Positions 26,790-37,085 of a stretch of DNA of 64,000 nucleotides are shown here, piece by piece. Origin of the DNA: a virus; the IMG/VR virus record IMGVR_UViG_3300042465_003746, positions 23,414-87,413 of that record. One strand, written 5' to 3'. The translations under genes and the position numbers were made by a program. The notes below the pieces were generated by a model, which searched no databases, was not told the DNA's origin, and worked only from the letters and a program-made list of their open reading frames with translations. The number at the start of each line of letters is the position of its first letter. The stretch's first letter is position 1.

Positions 26790-28301
26790 ATGGCTCAATT
26801 ACTTCCATTACAACGGTATGAAGCTAAAGACTACAATGGTTTGGTTACTGATAACCACTTCCATTCTTTGTATCAACAAAAACCTCAGTTGATTAGTAAT
26901 GTGATTAAACAAATCTACAAAACTAACCTACAAGGTAAATTACGTGAATTCGTAGATCGTTTTCCTGTTAAAGAAGTAGAACAAGAAAATGGTTTCTACA
27001 ACTGGATGTTGCAAGGACAACATGATAAAAATCTTCCTCTAGTAGATGCTGAAACTATTGACGGACGTACTATCTCTGCAGGGACTTTCCCAGCAAACGT
27101 TGGTGCTAACGGAGAACGTTTCTATTTAGTATTTGACGAGCCTTTGTTCGAAGAAACTAACGTATTACGTGGAGAAGTTGATGATTATCATTTGTTGGTT
27201 AAGAAATCGATGGACGCAGGTTCTCGTTACAAAGTTGAAGTTGAATTAGTAACTGATAACTCTAATAAGACTATTCCTTCTGAGGAATTGACTATTGGTT
27301 CTCGTTGGTCTAAATTCTACTCTCTTTCTCCTTCTACATTATCTTACCAAGGTGCTAAGCCTTATTTCACTTCTCCTTGGAGAATGGAAAATCGTCCTTC
27401 TACATTACGTATGGAGTATGAAGTTGCAGGTAACACAATCAACAAAGGTAAGAACGAACCATTAGAGTTTGGATTCTCTTACAAAGGACAACAAGAATCT
27501 ATCTGGGTAAATTACCAAGATTTGGTAGCTCACCACCAGTGTGAAGAAATGTTTGCTCGTATGTTGATGTACGGTAAGAAAAACTGGACAGCTGACCACA
27601 AATATTTGAACAAAGATGACAAAACGAAATATGCTATCGAATCAGGTGCAGGTTTCTTTGAGCAAATTGCTCCATCTAACGTTCACTACTACAACTCTTA
27701 TGACCTTGATTGGCATTTAGAATTGTTATTAGATATGGGTGTTGGTAAAATTGAAAGAGGTAAGCGTGTAATTCACTTGTTAACAGGAGAATTTGGTGCT
27801 ATTGAAATCTCTAAGCAAATCCAAGCTAAATCTGGAACAGGTAAGTTTACTGTAATCTCTGACAAATTCTTAATGTCTAATACAGACGCTGGGAACCTAG
27901 GTGGTAAAAACACTAAAGGATTGATGGAGCCACAGTGGAACGTGTACGAATGGTACAATGGTGTTGTTATCAAAGTTGAAATCGTTGATTTCTTCGATGA
28001 TGATGTATACTTCCCACAACGTCACCCAGATGGAAAAGGTATCGTAGAATCTCACAGAATCCTTGCTTTGGATTATGGAGACAATGCAGGTATCTACCGT
28101 GTTAAACCAAAAGGAGTTCCTGATTATAATTGGGCTTATATCCCAGGTATGAGAGACCCGTTCTCTCCAGCAGGAAAAGGTTCACCTAAAATGGTTGCAT
28201 CACGTGTTGACGGTTATGAAGTACATTTCCAGAAATGGGGTGGATTAATGATTGAAGACCCTACAAAAGTAGTTGACCTACGTCTTTCAGTAGAAAGATA
28301 A
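26790..28301 (+). CDS. Major capsid protein
   Basis: 503 aa, strong codon bias, IESGAGFFEQI, YIPGMRDPF; terminator follows. Confidence 0.9.
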   Translation: MAQLLPLQRYEAKDYNGLVTDNHFHSLYQQKPQLISNVIKQIYKTNLQGKLREFVDRFPVKEVEQENGFYNWMLQGQHDKNLPLVDAETIDGRTISAGTFPANVGANGERFYLVFDEPLFEETNVLRGEVDDYHLLVKKSMDAGSRYKVEVELVTDNSNKTIPSEELTIGSRWSKFYSLSPSTLSYQGAKPYFTSPWRMENRPSTLRMEYEVAGNTINKGKNEPLEFGFSYKGQQESIWVNYQDLVAHHQCEEMFARMLMYGKKNWTADHKYLNKDDKTKYAIESGAGFFEQIAPSNVHYYNSYDLDWHLELLLDMGVGKIERGKRVIHLLTGEFGAIEISKQIQAKSGTGKFTVISDKFLMSNTDAGNLGGKNTKGLMEPQWNVYEWYNGVVIKVEIVDFFDDDVYFPQRHPDGKGIVESHRILALDYGDNAGIYRVKPKGVPDYNWAYIPGMRDPFSPAGKGSPKMVASRVDGYEVHFQKWGGLMIEDPTKVVDLRLSVER

Positions 28302-28318
28302 CCTACTATACAAAATGA

Positions 28319-28354
28319 TCCCCTCGGAGTTGAACGCCTCGAGGGGACATTTTT
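28319..28354 (+). terminator. Rho-independent terminator after MCP
   Basis: TCCCCTCG...CGAGGGGA then CATTTTT. Confidence 0.8.
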
Positions 28355-28384
28355 AATAAAGAGAATTAACAAACGACAGCAATA

Positions 28385-29323
28385 ATGGAGACAGCAGAAA
28401 AAGAAAAAGTAGTTTTCGGTACATTTTTACAAGATAGAATTGTAGCCGTAAAGCCAGTAGAATCAGGGGGTAAATGGAGTACCTTATTAGTTGCAAATCA
28501 GGATAACAAAAAAGATCCTTTTTTATACAACAAAGCAAAACGAAGCTACCAAGTTCCACTTAACAGTGAGCAAAGAGGCGGAGGAGTAAAAGTAGTTCTA
28601 GACGATCAAAAGAGAGTTAGAATTCAAAAATACATGGAGTCCTTTCCTAATGGAATGACTCAAAAAGAGTTCTTTGAAAAAGAATTAGGAGTAGATTTAA
28701 ACCCTACACTTAAAGCAGAAGATAACTTCTGGAGAACAGATAGAAGAGGTAGAGTAGTATTAACTAAAGAAGGTACTACATTAAATCTTAATCATTCTCT
28801 AGATATGTTAAAGTATCTTATATTATTAGCTAATAAGATGTTAGTATCTCCTTCTTATGATGAAAGAGTATTAAAAGCAACTTACGAGTTTATGATTGTA
28901 GATGAGAGCAAAGTAACAGTTAAGAAATTGGCCGAAGCTAGCGTTAAAGCTAATGCATACATTAAGTTTGCAGAAGTTACTAATAGCAAGAAATCAACCA
29001 TTGGATTTATCAAATCTCTTGGAAGAACTATACCTGCAACTGCTACAGAAGATTGGTTGAAAAACGAAGTATTAAATATTGTGGATAGTAATCCTGAATA
29101 TTTCTTAGAGATTGTTAATCACCCACAATACAATGAAAGAATTTTTGTACAAGAATCAGTAGAAGCTGGTGCAATTATCCGTAAAGGAGAAAAGAGATAT
29201 ACTCTTGATAATGGTTCAGAATTAGGTGACCTTACAGATGTTGTAAATTACTTATTAAACCCTGACAATCAAGAAGTAAAAATGAGAATAAAAGGAAAAA
29301 TTGATTTAGCAAAACGTAACTAA
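28385..29323 (+). CDS. Conserved crAss-like capsid-module protein
   Basis: 312 aa directly after MCP; synteny. Confidence 0.7.
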   Translation: METAEKEKVVFGTFLQDRIVAVKPVESGGKWSTLLVANQDNKKDPFLYNKAKRSYQVPLNSEQRGGGVKVVLDDQKRVRIQKYMESFPNGMTQKEFFEKELGVDLNPTLKAEDNFWRTDRRGRVVLTKEGTTLNLNHSLDMLKYLILLANKMLVSPSYDERVLKATYEFMIVDESKVTVKKLAEASVKANAYIKFAEVTNSKKSTIGFIKSLGRTIPATATEDWLKNEVLNIVDSNPEYFLEIVNHPQYNERIFVQESVEAGAIIRKGEKRYTLDNGSELGDLTDVVNYLLNPDNQEVKMRIKGKIDLAKRN

Positions 29324-29325
29324 TT

Positions 29326-30090
29326 ATGACTGCAAACCAAATGGCCGATGCATTAGAATTAAAACTAGACAGAAGTGATAGTTTTGGTTCTCCTGGATAT
29401 GAAGATTTTGAATTATCTTCTGTCTTAAGTGAGGCTAATGAATTGTATGTTAAAAAGTACTTTGATGAATTAAACAACAGAAAGGGTAAAGGCTTTCAAG
29501 AAACAGAGATTAGGGACCAAGGTTTGGGAGCGTTAATAAAAGACGCTCCTTCTCTAATTCCTTCAACTTCACAAGTCGGTATAATAGTTAATACCGATGT
29601 AGTAGGAAAGTTCTTTGACTTACCACGTGACCACATGTATACTATTTACGAAGAATGTATAATAGATAAAACAACATGTGGAACAACAAGTAATATAGTA
29701 GCTTATGTTATACCAATAGCTCATACAGAAATGCAGAGATTTAGTTGGAGTAAATATAAGAAACCTTTTTATAGAATTTCAGGGGACTCAAGAGTATGGA
29801 GATCTGAATTTTCTAGACAAGTAACAGGAATTAACCCAGCAACACCTGCAACTGCAAAAAGACACGAAATGTTTACAGACGGTACTTTTAACATTAACAC
29901 TTATCATATGCGTTATGTTAAAAATCCTGAAGCAATTGTAGTAGACAGAGATACTCCTGCTAATCAACGTAACTGCGAGTTAGATAATTCTACTCACATA
30001 GTTATAATAGACATAGCAATGAGTTTAATGTCTGATAGAATAAGAGAACAAAGAATGCAAAACATAGAGCAATTTAAAGAGCTCGAATAA
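29326..30090 (+). CDS. Head-tail connector (ring) protein
   Basis: PGYEDFELSSVLSEA, RYVKNP, CELDNSTHIVIIDIA; synteny. Confidence 0.7.
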   Translation: MTANQMADALELKLDRSDSFGSPGYEDFELSSVLSEANELYVKKYFDELNNRKGKGFQETEIRDQGLGALIKDAPSLIPSTSQVGIIVNTDVVGKFFDLPRDHMYTIYEECIIDKTTCGTTSNIVAYVIPIAHTEMQRFSWSKYKKPFYRISGDSRVWRSEFSRQVTGINPATPATAKRHEMFTDGTFNINTYHMRYVKNPEAIVVDRDTPANQRNCELDNSTHIVIIDIAMSLMSDRIREQRMQNIEQFKELE

Positions 30091-30121
30091 ATAATAATTA
30101 TTAATTATAAAACAAACAGAA

Positions 30122-31459
30122 ATGTTAAGAAAAGCAAACAACGTATTCAGCGTTTTACTGAATGATGCTTCTAAGTTAACTTCAGCTTTGCCAGCAACAA
30201 CTGCAGGGGTAGTTGTAACTGATGCAAATCTTGAAGCAGGTGCTATTGTTGTAACTGATTTAGGGCTACAAAGATTAAGTGCTGCAGAATATACTGCATT
30301 AGCAAATGGTGACCAATTTCTTGTAGTGCAAGGAAAAGGTGTTGGACAGCCTCTTATGAAGTCTCCAGTATTAACTAAAGGTAAGATCAAATTGACTGCA
30401 GCTCGTTTTAAAGCAGCTGTTCAACAAGTTACTACAATTGGTTATAATGGAACAACAGGAGCTCTTCCTGTAGCTAATTCAACTGATTTCTGGATCAAAA
30501 TCCGTAAGCGTGATAATGATGCAGCTAACCGTTCTCAACCAATGAGTTTATTTGCAGGACCTGTTCGTACAGACCTTACAGGTACTCAAGCAGAACTTGC
30601 TACTTTACTTGTAACTAGTGGAGCAAGAAACTTTAAAGATGAGCCTGCAAATGGTTATCTAAAATTTGAAATGATTTGTGATAATGCAGGCGCAGCTTCT
30701 ACAGCAGCTTCAGGAACTATCACTTTTACTAATGGTTCTAGAGTTATTACAACTTCTGGAGTTACTCCAGCAACTGATTACCCAATAGGGTCATTTATTA
30801 GAATTGGAACTACAGTAACTTCTCCAGTATACAAAGTAGCAGCTGTTAGCAATGCTTTGCAGACAATTACTTTAACATCTGCTTATACAGGAACAACAGG
30901 TACTTTAACTGTTACTAACCATCAATTTATAACTGCAGTTTTAGCAGCAGCAGCTAATTTTGGAATTACTATAACAGGTAAAGCAGCTCCATTTAATGTT
31001 AATACATTCCGTGATTATTATGCTAACCGTTTTACTGCAACTTTCTCTGATTCTAGTACTTTAAATACACCTACAATGGGAGCTCGTAATGGTAATGGAG
31101 TATGGCAACAAGTTGCTATGGACGAGTACATGAACTATGGTTTTGAAGGTCAAAATAATCAGTTGGCTACTCCAGCATTAAATCGTGATCAAGTAGTTAA
31201 AATCCCTGGTGTAGGAACTGCAACAGCATTAACTTCTAAATATTGCGCTTTAAACATTGCTTGGGAAGAATCTCTTTCAGGACTTGTTTCTATGGCAGGT
31301 GGAAAAGGTAATGTAGTAGTTTACATTAATCTTACAGATAGTTCAGGTTTAGGAAAAATTTCTACTCCAACAACTACTACAGGAAATGAATTCATCACAG
31401 TATTTGGAGGTCCTACTGCTTTTGGCGTAGCTGCCCTTACAGATTTGGATGAAATTTAA
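30122..31459 (+). CDS. Abundant structural protein (auxiliary capsid-like)
   Basis: 445 aa Thr/Ala/Gly-rich, MCP-like codon bias, own terminator. Confidence 0.65.
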   Translation: MLRKANNVFSVLLNDASKLTSALPATTAGVVVTDANLEAGAIVVTDLGLQRLSAAEYTALANGDQFLVVQGKGVGQPLMKSPVLTKGKIKLTAARFKAAVQQVTTIGYNGTTGALPVANSTDFWIKIRKRDNDAANRSQPMSLFAGPVRTDLTGTQAELATLLVTSGARNFKDEPANGYLKFEMICDNAGAASTAASGTITFTNGSRVITTSGVTPATDYPIGSFIRIGTTVTSPVYKVAAVSNALQTITLTSAYTGTTGTLTVTNHQFITAVLAAAANFGITITGKAAPFNVNTFRDYYANRFTATFSDSSTLNTPTMGARNGNGVWQQVAMDEYMNYGFEGQNNQLATPALNRDQVVKIPGVGTATALTSKYCALNIAWEESLSGLVSMAGGKGNVVVYINLTDSSGLGKISTPTTTTGNEFITVFGGPTAFGVAALTDLDEI

Positions 31460-31479
31460 TTTGTAATTCTCCAACCCTC

Positions 31480-31535
31480 AGTAGCCTGCCACACATTTGC
31501 TGTCAACAAAAGTGGTGGGCTACTATATTTTTTTT
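31480..31535 (+). terminator. Terminator hairpin with 19 nt loop
   Basis: 13 bp AGTAGCCTGCCAC/GTGGTGGGCTACT then a T tract. Confidence 0.8.
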
Positions 31536-31536
31536 G

Positions 31537-31544
31537 TATCTTTG
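31537..31544 (+). promoter_or_regulatory. -7 box TATCTTTG
   Basis: Exact TAnnTTTG directly after the terminator. Confidence 0.7.
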
Positions 31545-31564
31545 ACAAACTTTAAATTACTTCT

Positions 31565-32377
31565 ATGTCTTTAGTTCCTAAAATATCTCTTACTTTAAGT
31601 AATAAATGTAACAAAGTAACCCTTAATGAGGAAACTAGTGCTTACTCTTTAACTAATACAGGAGGATGGGGAGGTCCTAATATAGATACTTCAGATATAG
31701 ATGTAGCAACTGTAAATGTTTTTCCATTTACTTATAGTTCTTTAACTAACGCTGTAGGTCTAGGAGATATCTCAGGAGTTATATTTACTGATACTACACA
31801 TCTTTCAGGAATATTTACAGTAGGACAAACTTTAACGGGAATAGGAGTAACTCCAGGAACTGTTATTACAGCTTTACTAACAGGCACAGGGGCTAACAAT
31901 GGAGGTACTTATCAAGTAAGTATTTCACAAACAGTAACCACTACTCCAATCACAGGAGCTAGTGTTTTAGCACAATTTATATTAAAGAATTCTACTATTG
32001 ATGTATACCCAAGTTTAACGCCAGCTCCTTTTATTGCTATATCAGAAGCTAATTGGGCACAGCCTGATGGTGTTTACCAAGTTATATATTCTGTAACATC
32101 AGGAGTAACTGAATATAAAAATGCTACACAACACGAACTATTCTTATGCAATCTATGTAATTGTAAAGATAGACTTGTTGTAGCTTTAATTGATGCATGT
32201 GATTCTATCACTGTAAAGAAATTAAAAGACCAAGTAGATCAAATGGAAATCTTTATCTACGGAATACAATCTGCATTTGCTTGCGGAGATTTTGATACTG
32301 CTGAAGCTATACTTACTGCAGCAACTACTTATTGTCAAACAATTGTCGACTGTGGCTGCGGCTGCGGAGGCTGCTAA
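31565..32377 (+). CDS. Tail hub-like structural protein, Cys-rich C-terminus
   Basis: PDGVYQVIY, LCNLCNC, ends DCGCGCGGC. Confidence 0.6.
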   Translation: MSLVPKISLTLSNKCNKVTLNEETSAYSLTNTGGWGGPNIDTSDIDVATVNVFPFTYSSLTNAVGLGDISGVIFTDTTHLSGIFTVGQTLTGIGVTPGTVITALLTGTGANNGGTYQVSISQTVTTTPITGASVLAQFILKNSTIDVYPSLTPAPFIAISEANWAQPDGVYQVIYSVTSGVTEYKNATQHELFLCNLCNCKDRLVVALIDACDSITVKKLKDQVDQMEIFIYGIQSAFACGDFDTAEAILTAATTYCQTIVDCGCGCGGC

Positions 32378-32387
32378 TATAATTATT

Positions 32388-32888
32388 ATGTGCGGATGTA
32401 AAGACTGTCAAGGTATAACACTATTAAAAGGTACAGATGGAAACGGTATTGTTTCTATTACTGATAATGGTGATGGTACGTTAACTATTTTATATACAGA
32501 TGGCACTATATATATTACTCCTAATTTTACGGGACCTCAAGGAGAACAAGGTGTTCAAGGAATACAAGGTCCAGCGGGAGTTAATGCCTTTAAATTTACC
32601 CAGCAATTTACAATGGTTGAAGGTAGTTCAGTAACTATTGCAAGAAGTGCTTTAACAACTTGTGGAGTTATACCATTAGGTTGTTTAGGACGTAGTACAA
32701 GTGCTTCTTTGATGGATTTACATATACAAATATGGACATCAAATGCAGAAGTGGTTACTACTACTTGGGCTAGAGAAGATGTTAATAATACTTTTTCTAT
32801 AACAATTAACGATGTAACAGGATTAATTACTATTACTAGAGTAGTAGGAAGTATAGACTTATATGTACGAGTAGTAATATTAGCTTAA
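32388..32888 (+). CDS. Short collagen-repeat fibre protein
   Basis: Start MCGCKDCQG; GPQGEQGVQGIQGPAG; paralog of the next gene. Confidence 0.7.
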   Translation: MCGCKDCQGITLLKGTDGNGIVSITDNGDGTLTILYTDGTIYITPNFTGPQGEQGVQGIQGPAGVNAFKFTQQFTMVEGSSVTIARSALTTCGVIPLGCLGRSTSASLMDLHIQIWTSNAEVVTTTWAREDVNNTFSITINDVTGLITITRVVGSIDLYVRVVILA

Positions 32889-32909
32889 TTAATATAAATA
32901 ATTAAAAAT

Positions 32910-33521
32910 ATGTGTGGTTGTAAAAATTGTCAAGGTATTACTTTTTTAACAGGAATCGATGGAAGAGGAATAGTAAGTATTACTGCTCAAGAAGACGGTA
33001 CTTTTATTTATTTATACACAGATGGTACAACATACACTAGTCCTGATTTAACGGGCCCAGCAGGTCCAGCAGGAGTAAGTAACTTTGTTTTGTTTAATGA
33101 AATGCCTATACAGTTTGATATTGAAATGCCAGGAGGATATCCTTTTATTTCAGGTACAACTTATTCGGTAGCTGCAGGAGTTTTACAAGAAGTAGCTCCT
33201 TTAACTTTAACAGTTATAGAAGCAGGTAATTATATTGTAAATGCAGAAGTAGTTTTTGATGCAGGAAGTCCTACTCCTAAATGGCTAGGATATGAAATTA
33301 GAGTAAATGGAATAGTAGTTCCTTTTACAACAAGATCAATTAGAATTACAGGAGGAACTCCTGCCGATGTTATAGGATCTTATTCAGTAAATGCAGAAAT
33401 AGTAGGACTTTCTACAGGAGATACTATTTCATTTTGGGCAGCAAATATAGATGATAATCCTCCTCTAACTACTTTTGGTATTTTAATATTAGGTGGGTCA
33501 ATGACTGCAAGAAGTTACTAA
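32910..33521 (+). CDS. Short fibre protein with C1q/BclA-like C-domain
   Basis: MCGCKNCQG, GPAGPAG, AGNYIVNAEV...LSTGDTISFW. Confidence 0.7.
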   Translation: MCGCKNCQGITFLTGIDGRGIVSITAQEDGTFIYLYTDGTTYTSPDLTGPAGPAGVSNFVLFNEMPIQFDIEMPGGYPFISGTTYSVAAGVLQEVAPLTLTVIEAGNYIVNAEVVFDAGSPTPKWLGYEIRVNGIVVPFTTRSIRITGGTPADVIGSYSVNAEIVGLSTGDTISFWAANIDDNPPLTTFGILILGGSMTARSY

Positions 33522-33574
33522 AAACTATTTAAAAAAAATATAATATATAATATTAAAAAAATAACTTTGTATAA

Positions 33575-34177
33575 ATGGGATGTCCTAACGAAATATTATT
33601 TGGATTTAGTATGCTGGGGAAACCTGATATTGTAATAGGACCTTATGCTATAACTCCTACGGGAACTTATAATGGACAATCTTTTTATACTTGGTTTGAT
33701 GTAGATGCAGGTGTTGATTTTATATTAAGATGGGATATTACAAATAATCGTTGGGAATTAGGTGTACCTAATTTACCTTATTCAGATTTCGAACTTCAAG
33801 CTTATTTAGCTTACGATCTTTTTATAGAATGCCCATTAGACCCAACACAACCTTTTAAATGGGAAGTAGTAAGTGGAGAGTTATTTGATTATAATACTTC
33901 TTTTGGAGACCCTATTCCTGTAGAAGGATTAACTCCTGAACAAGAATGTTATCCTATATTAGTTTGGAATACACAATGTGAGTTTGCCCAAGCAACTTTA
34001 AAGTATGTACAACAAATGCAGTTTGGAATATTTTGTTGTGAGACATTAGATAAATTAAAAAATAAATATAGAGCTCTAGAAATACTCAACTGTTATGATG
34101 TTAGAGATATTCCTAATAATACAACAGATTATAATGCTCTAACATATCAACAAATTAAAAACTTATTAAATAGTTAA
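33575..34177 (+). CDS. Tail structural protein
   Basis: 200 aa in tail module, preceded by TAACTTTG at 33562-33569. Confidence 0.6.
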   Translation: MGCPNEILFGFSMLGKPDIVIGPYAITPTGTYNGQSFYTWFDVDAGVDFILRWDITNNRWELGVPNLPYSDFELQAYLAYDLFIECPLDPTQPFKWEVVSGELFDYNTSFGDPIPVEGLTPEQECYPILVWNTQCEFAQATLKYVQQMQFGIFCCETLDKLKNKYRALEILNCYDVRDIPNNTTDYNALTYQQIKNLLNS

Positions 34178-34179
34178 TC

Positions 34180-34776
34180 ATGGAAATTGAAAAAAAATTC
34201 ACTAGAGAAGCTAATGCTGCAACAAGTACTACTGTAGATTTATTCGTAGATAAATCAACTAAAGAATTAAAATTCTTAGATTATTATAAACAAGAAACTA
34301 TTTTAGCTGAAAAAGCTATTTATAAAGTAGTTTCTGGATATATTACTCAAGAAGATGTTGTTCTCAATGGTGGGGAATTAATAGTAGGACATACATATTT
34401 TATTTCTGACTATATAGAAGGGGATGATTTTACTAACGTAGGAGCAGACTTAAATGAGGCAGGAATAACTTTTGTAGCTACAGGAACACTTCCAACAGAT
34501 TGGACTAATAGTAGTAGCCTTATTGCTGCAGAAGAATCTTTACCTATTTTAACTATTTTTGAAAATACTTTAGGACCTATTGCTGCAGGTTGGGATCGAG
34601 GGGATTCTTATATTGCTAGTAATGAATTATTTACTAGAGATAAAACTTGGAAAACCCCCGATGTAGCTAACGGTGCTTATTTAAATTACCACGGTTCTTC
34701 TAGAATTAATATTTATACTACTGTAGAGGGGATTCTAGGAAGAGGATGTTCTTTCGAAATTAGAGTTTACAATTAA
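34180..34776 (+). CDS. Tail structural protein
   Basis: 198 aa, ends SFEIRVYN. Confidence 0.6.
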   Translation: MEIEKKFTREANAATSTTVDLFVDKSTKELKFLDYYKQETILAEKAIYKVVSGYITQEDVVLNGGELIVGHTYFISDYIEGDDFTNVGADLNEAGITFVATGTLPTDWTNSSSLIAAEESLPILTIFENTLGPIAAGWDRGDSYIASNELFTRDKTWKTPDVANGAYLNYHGSSRINIYTTVEGILGRGCSFEIRVYN

Positions 34777-34788
34777 AAAATTTAAGTT

Positions 34789-35136
34789 ATGTCACAAAAA
34801 CACGTAGCCATAGTCGGGCACAATAATACGCAAGCACAGGTAACTGGTCAAAATGAGTTACTTGTAAAAGTAAATAACATACCACCAGCAACAATGGTAG
34901 CAGCAGGAGTTGCTAAAACAACTACTATAGCTCGTCCTACAAATTCAGGAACAGTTGCTGCGGGAGCTAGTGCTGTTTCTATAGCTAATGTAGGAGCAGC
35001 AAGTGGTACAGTAAAAACAATTACATTAAAAGCAGGAGAAACTGTTAACTTTGATGGAGGAGCAGTTAATAATACTTTAGATGCTATTGCCTACAATGCA
35101 ACAGGTACTGAGTTCTTAATTATAACTATTTTATAA
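34789..35136 (+). CDS. Small structural protein
   Basis: 115 aa Ala/Thr/Val-rich. Confidence 0.6.
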   Translation: MSQKHVAIVGHNNTQAQVTGQNELLVKVNNIPPATMVAAGVAKTTTIARPTNSGTVAAGASAVSIANVGAASGTVKTITLKAGETVNFDGGAVNNTLDAIAYNATGTEFLIITIL

Positions 35137-35687
35137 TGTCTACGCATATAGACATATCCCCTAATTTAAGTGGCTTCGGTAGAGGACTATTTGCTCAAAC
35201 TGCATTAGGAACTGCAATTACTAATACTATTGTAGAAACATCTCTTGTAGGACCTGGTGTAGGCACAATGACAGTTCCTGCTAATACATTTAAAGTAGGA
35301 GATAGTTTTGTCGCTAAAATGTGTGGTAATTTATCGTGTGCAAATAATGAAACAATACATATTAGAATCAAATCTGATGGTCTTACTATAGCAGATGCAG
35401 GTGTTTTTCAAATGAAAATAACAACTAATAAATTCTTTGAACTTACTTTAGATTTTACAGTTACTAAAATAGGTGTAGCAGGAGTTGCTGAGTTATTTAC
35501 AAATGGTCAATATAGTTATAATCATAATGCTGCGGGAGAAATAGCTGGAAATAATTTTGCTTTAATTACTACTACTATATTTGATACTACTGTATTAAAT
35601 ACTTTATCAATAACAGCTCAATGGGGATTAGAAAAAACAGCAAATAAAATTCAATCACAGAACTTTGTTCTACAAAAAGTATATTAA
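35136..35687 (+). CDS. Tail structural protein
   Basis: 183 aa beta-rich, TAATG-coupled. Confidence 0.6.
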   Translation: MSTHIDISPNLSGFGRGLFAQTALGTAITNTIVETSLVGPGVGTMTVPANTFKVGDSFVAKMCGNLSCANNETIHIRIKSDGLTIADAGVFQMKITTNKFFELTLDFTVTKIGVAGVAELFTNGQYSYNHNAAGEIAGNNFALITTTIFDTTVLNTLSITAQWGLEKTANKIQSQNFVLQKVY

Positions 35688-37081
35688 TGAGCACTCAAAT
35701 TCAAATAGCATCAAAGGCAACACCCGCAGGAATAACGGGACAAATTCAGTTTAATAATGCGGGTGCATTTGGAGCAGATTCATCTTTATTTTGGGATAAT
35801 ACAAATAAACGTTTAGGAATAGGAGCAAACTCCAATTCTCCTTCAGCTGCTTTACAAGTAAGAACAAATGTAAATACAGCACACGATGTATTTAATTTGC
35901 AGAATGGTTTATATGGAGACCCATTATTTAGAGTTAGAGATAATGCGACAGGCAGCGCAGCAAGTACTTGTTCTTTTTTTATGAATGGTCGAATTTATGG
36001 TGGTAATTCAACTTTAACATTTAAAGAATTTGATTTAGGTGGCTATGGTTTGGGAGCAAGTTATGGAGATGCTGCTAGCAATGGAGTGTGGTTAAATAAT
36101 CAAGGAAATATAGGCGATGGAGTTGGCTCATCTGTAATATCAGTAAGTTCAAATGTTTACATAAATTTACAAACAACTAAAAAGTATAAATTTGAAGCTC
36201 AAACTGGTAACTTTGGTATTGGTAATGTAGGAACTTTAGGAGCTAGACTAGACGTAAGAGCCCAAGGTGCGTTAAGTACTGATATAGCATTTAGGGTTAG
36301 GAATAGTGCTGATACTGCAAATATAATAAGTGCAAACGGAAGAGGTGATGTATTTATAGGTCTTAATGCAGGACGAATAACAACTGGTATTAATAATACA
36401 TTTGTTGGTATTCAATCAGGTTTTTCTAACATAACTGGTCAAGAAAATACTGCGATTGGTACAAATGCAGGATTCGCAAATTTAGGCTCATATAATACGT
36501 ATTTAGGAGTTTCAGCAGGGCAAAATGGAACAACTGCAACGGGTTGCACCTTTATAGGCTATAATGCAGGGCAAAGTTCTAATGCTCAATATGGAGTTTT
36601 TATTGGTTATTCAGCAAGCACAACGGGAGGAAATGGAACGGTAGCAATAGGATATAATGCAGGAGCAGGAACGGGGGTTCACAATCTTTCATTAGGTCAA
36701 TCCTCAGGTGTAGGAATGACAACGGGAAATTATAACACACATTTAGGTTATAGAAGTGTAGCGAGTGGTATTACAACGGGAAACTATAATAATTTATTAG
36801 GTAGCGACATAGTTGTCGGGGCAGTTTCAAACAATGCAGTACTAGCTGATAATCAAGGAAATCAAGCTATTAGAAAAGATGCTAATCATAATGTTTTATT
36901 AGGAAAAGAAGTAGCACTTGCAACTAATGCAACAAATGGATTTGCTTATTTTCCTACGTGTGCGGGTATTCCAACGGGTGTTCCTGCTGCGAGTTTTACG
37001 GGTAAAGCACCAATAGTAATAGATTCAACAAATAATAAAATGTACATTTACACAAACGCTGCTTGGGTGGCTTTAAACTAA
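35687..37081 (+). CDS. Tail fibre/spike (candidate receptor-binding protein)
   Basis: GQIQFNNAGAFG, WDNTNKRLGIG, repeated NTxxGxxAG beta-roll units. Confidence 0.8.
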   Translation: MSTQIQIASKATPAGITGQIQFNNAGAFGADSSLFWDNTNKRLGIGANSNSPSAALQVRTNVNTAHDVFNLQNGLYGDPLFRVRDNATGSAASTCSFFMNGRIYGGNSTLTFKEFDLGGYGLGASYGDAASNGVWLNNQGNIGDGVGSSVISVSSNVYINLQTTKKYKFEAQTGNFGIGNVGTLGARLDVRAQGALSTDIAFRVRNSADTANIISANGRGDVFIGLNAGRITTGINNTFVGIQSGFSNITGQENTAIGTNAGFANLGSYNTYLGVSAGQNGTTATGCTFIGYNAGQSSNAQYGVFIGYSASTTGGNGTVAIGYNAGAGTGVHNLSLGQSSGVGMTTGNYNTHLGYRSVASGITTGNYNNLLGSDIVVGAVSNNAVLADNQGNQAIRKDANHNVLLGKEVALATNATNGFAYFPTCAGIPTGVPAASFTGKAPIVIDSTNNKMYIYTNAAWVALN

Positions 37082-37085
37082 AATT

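Noticed and set aside
8627-32387. Upstream extensions in the ORF track (8707, 13937, 14917, 17472, 32277)
   Set aside because: They overlap neighbouring genes or promoter boxes; downstream ATGs fit leaders and paralog alignment better
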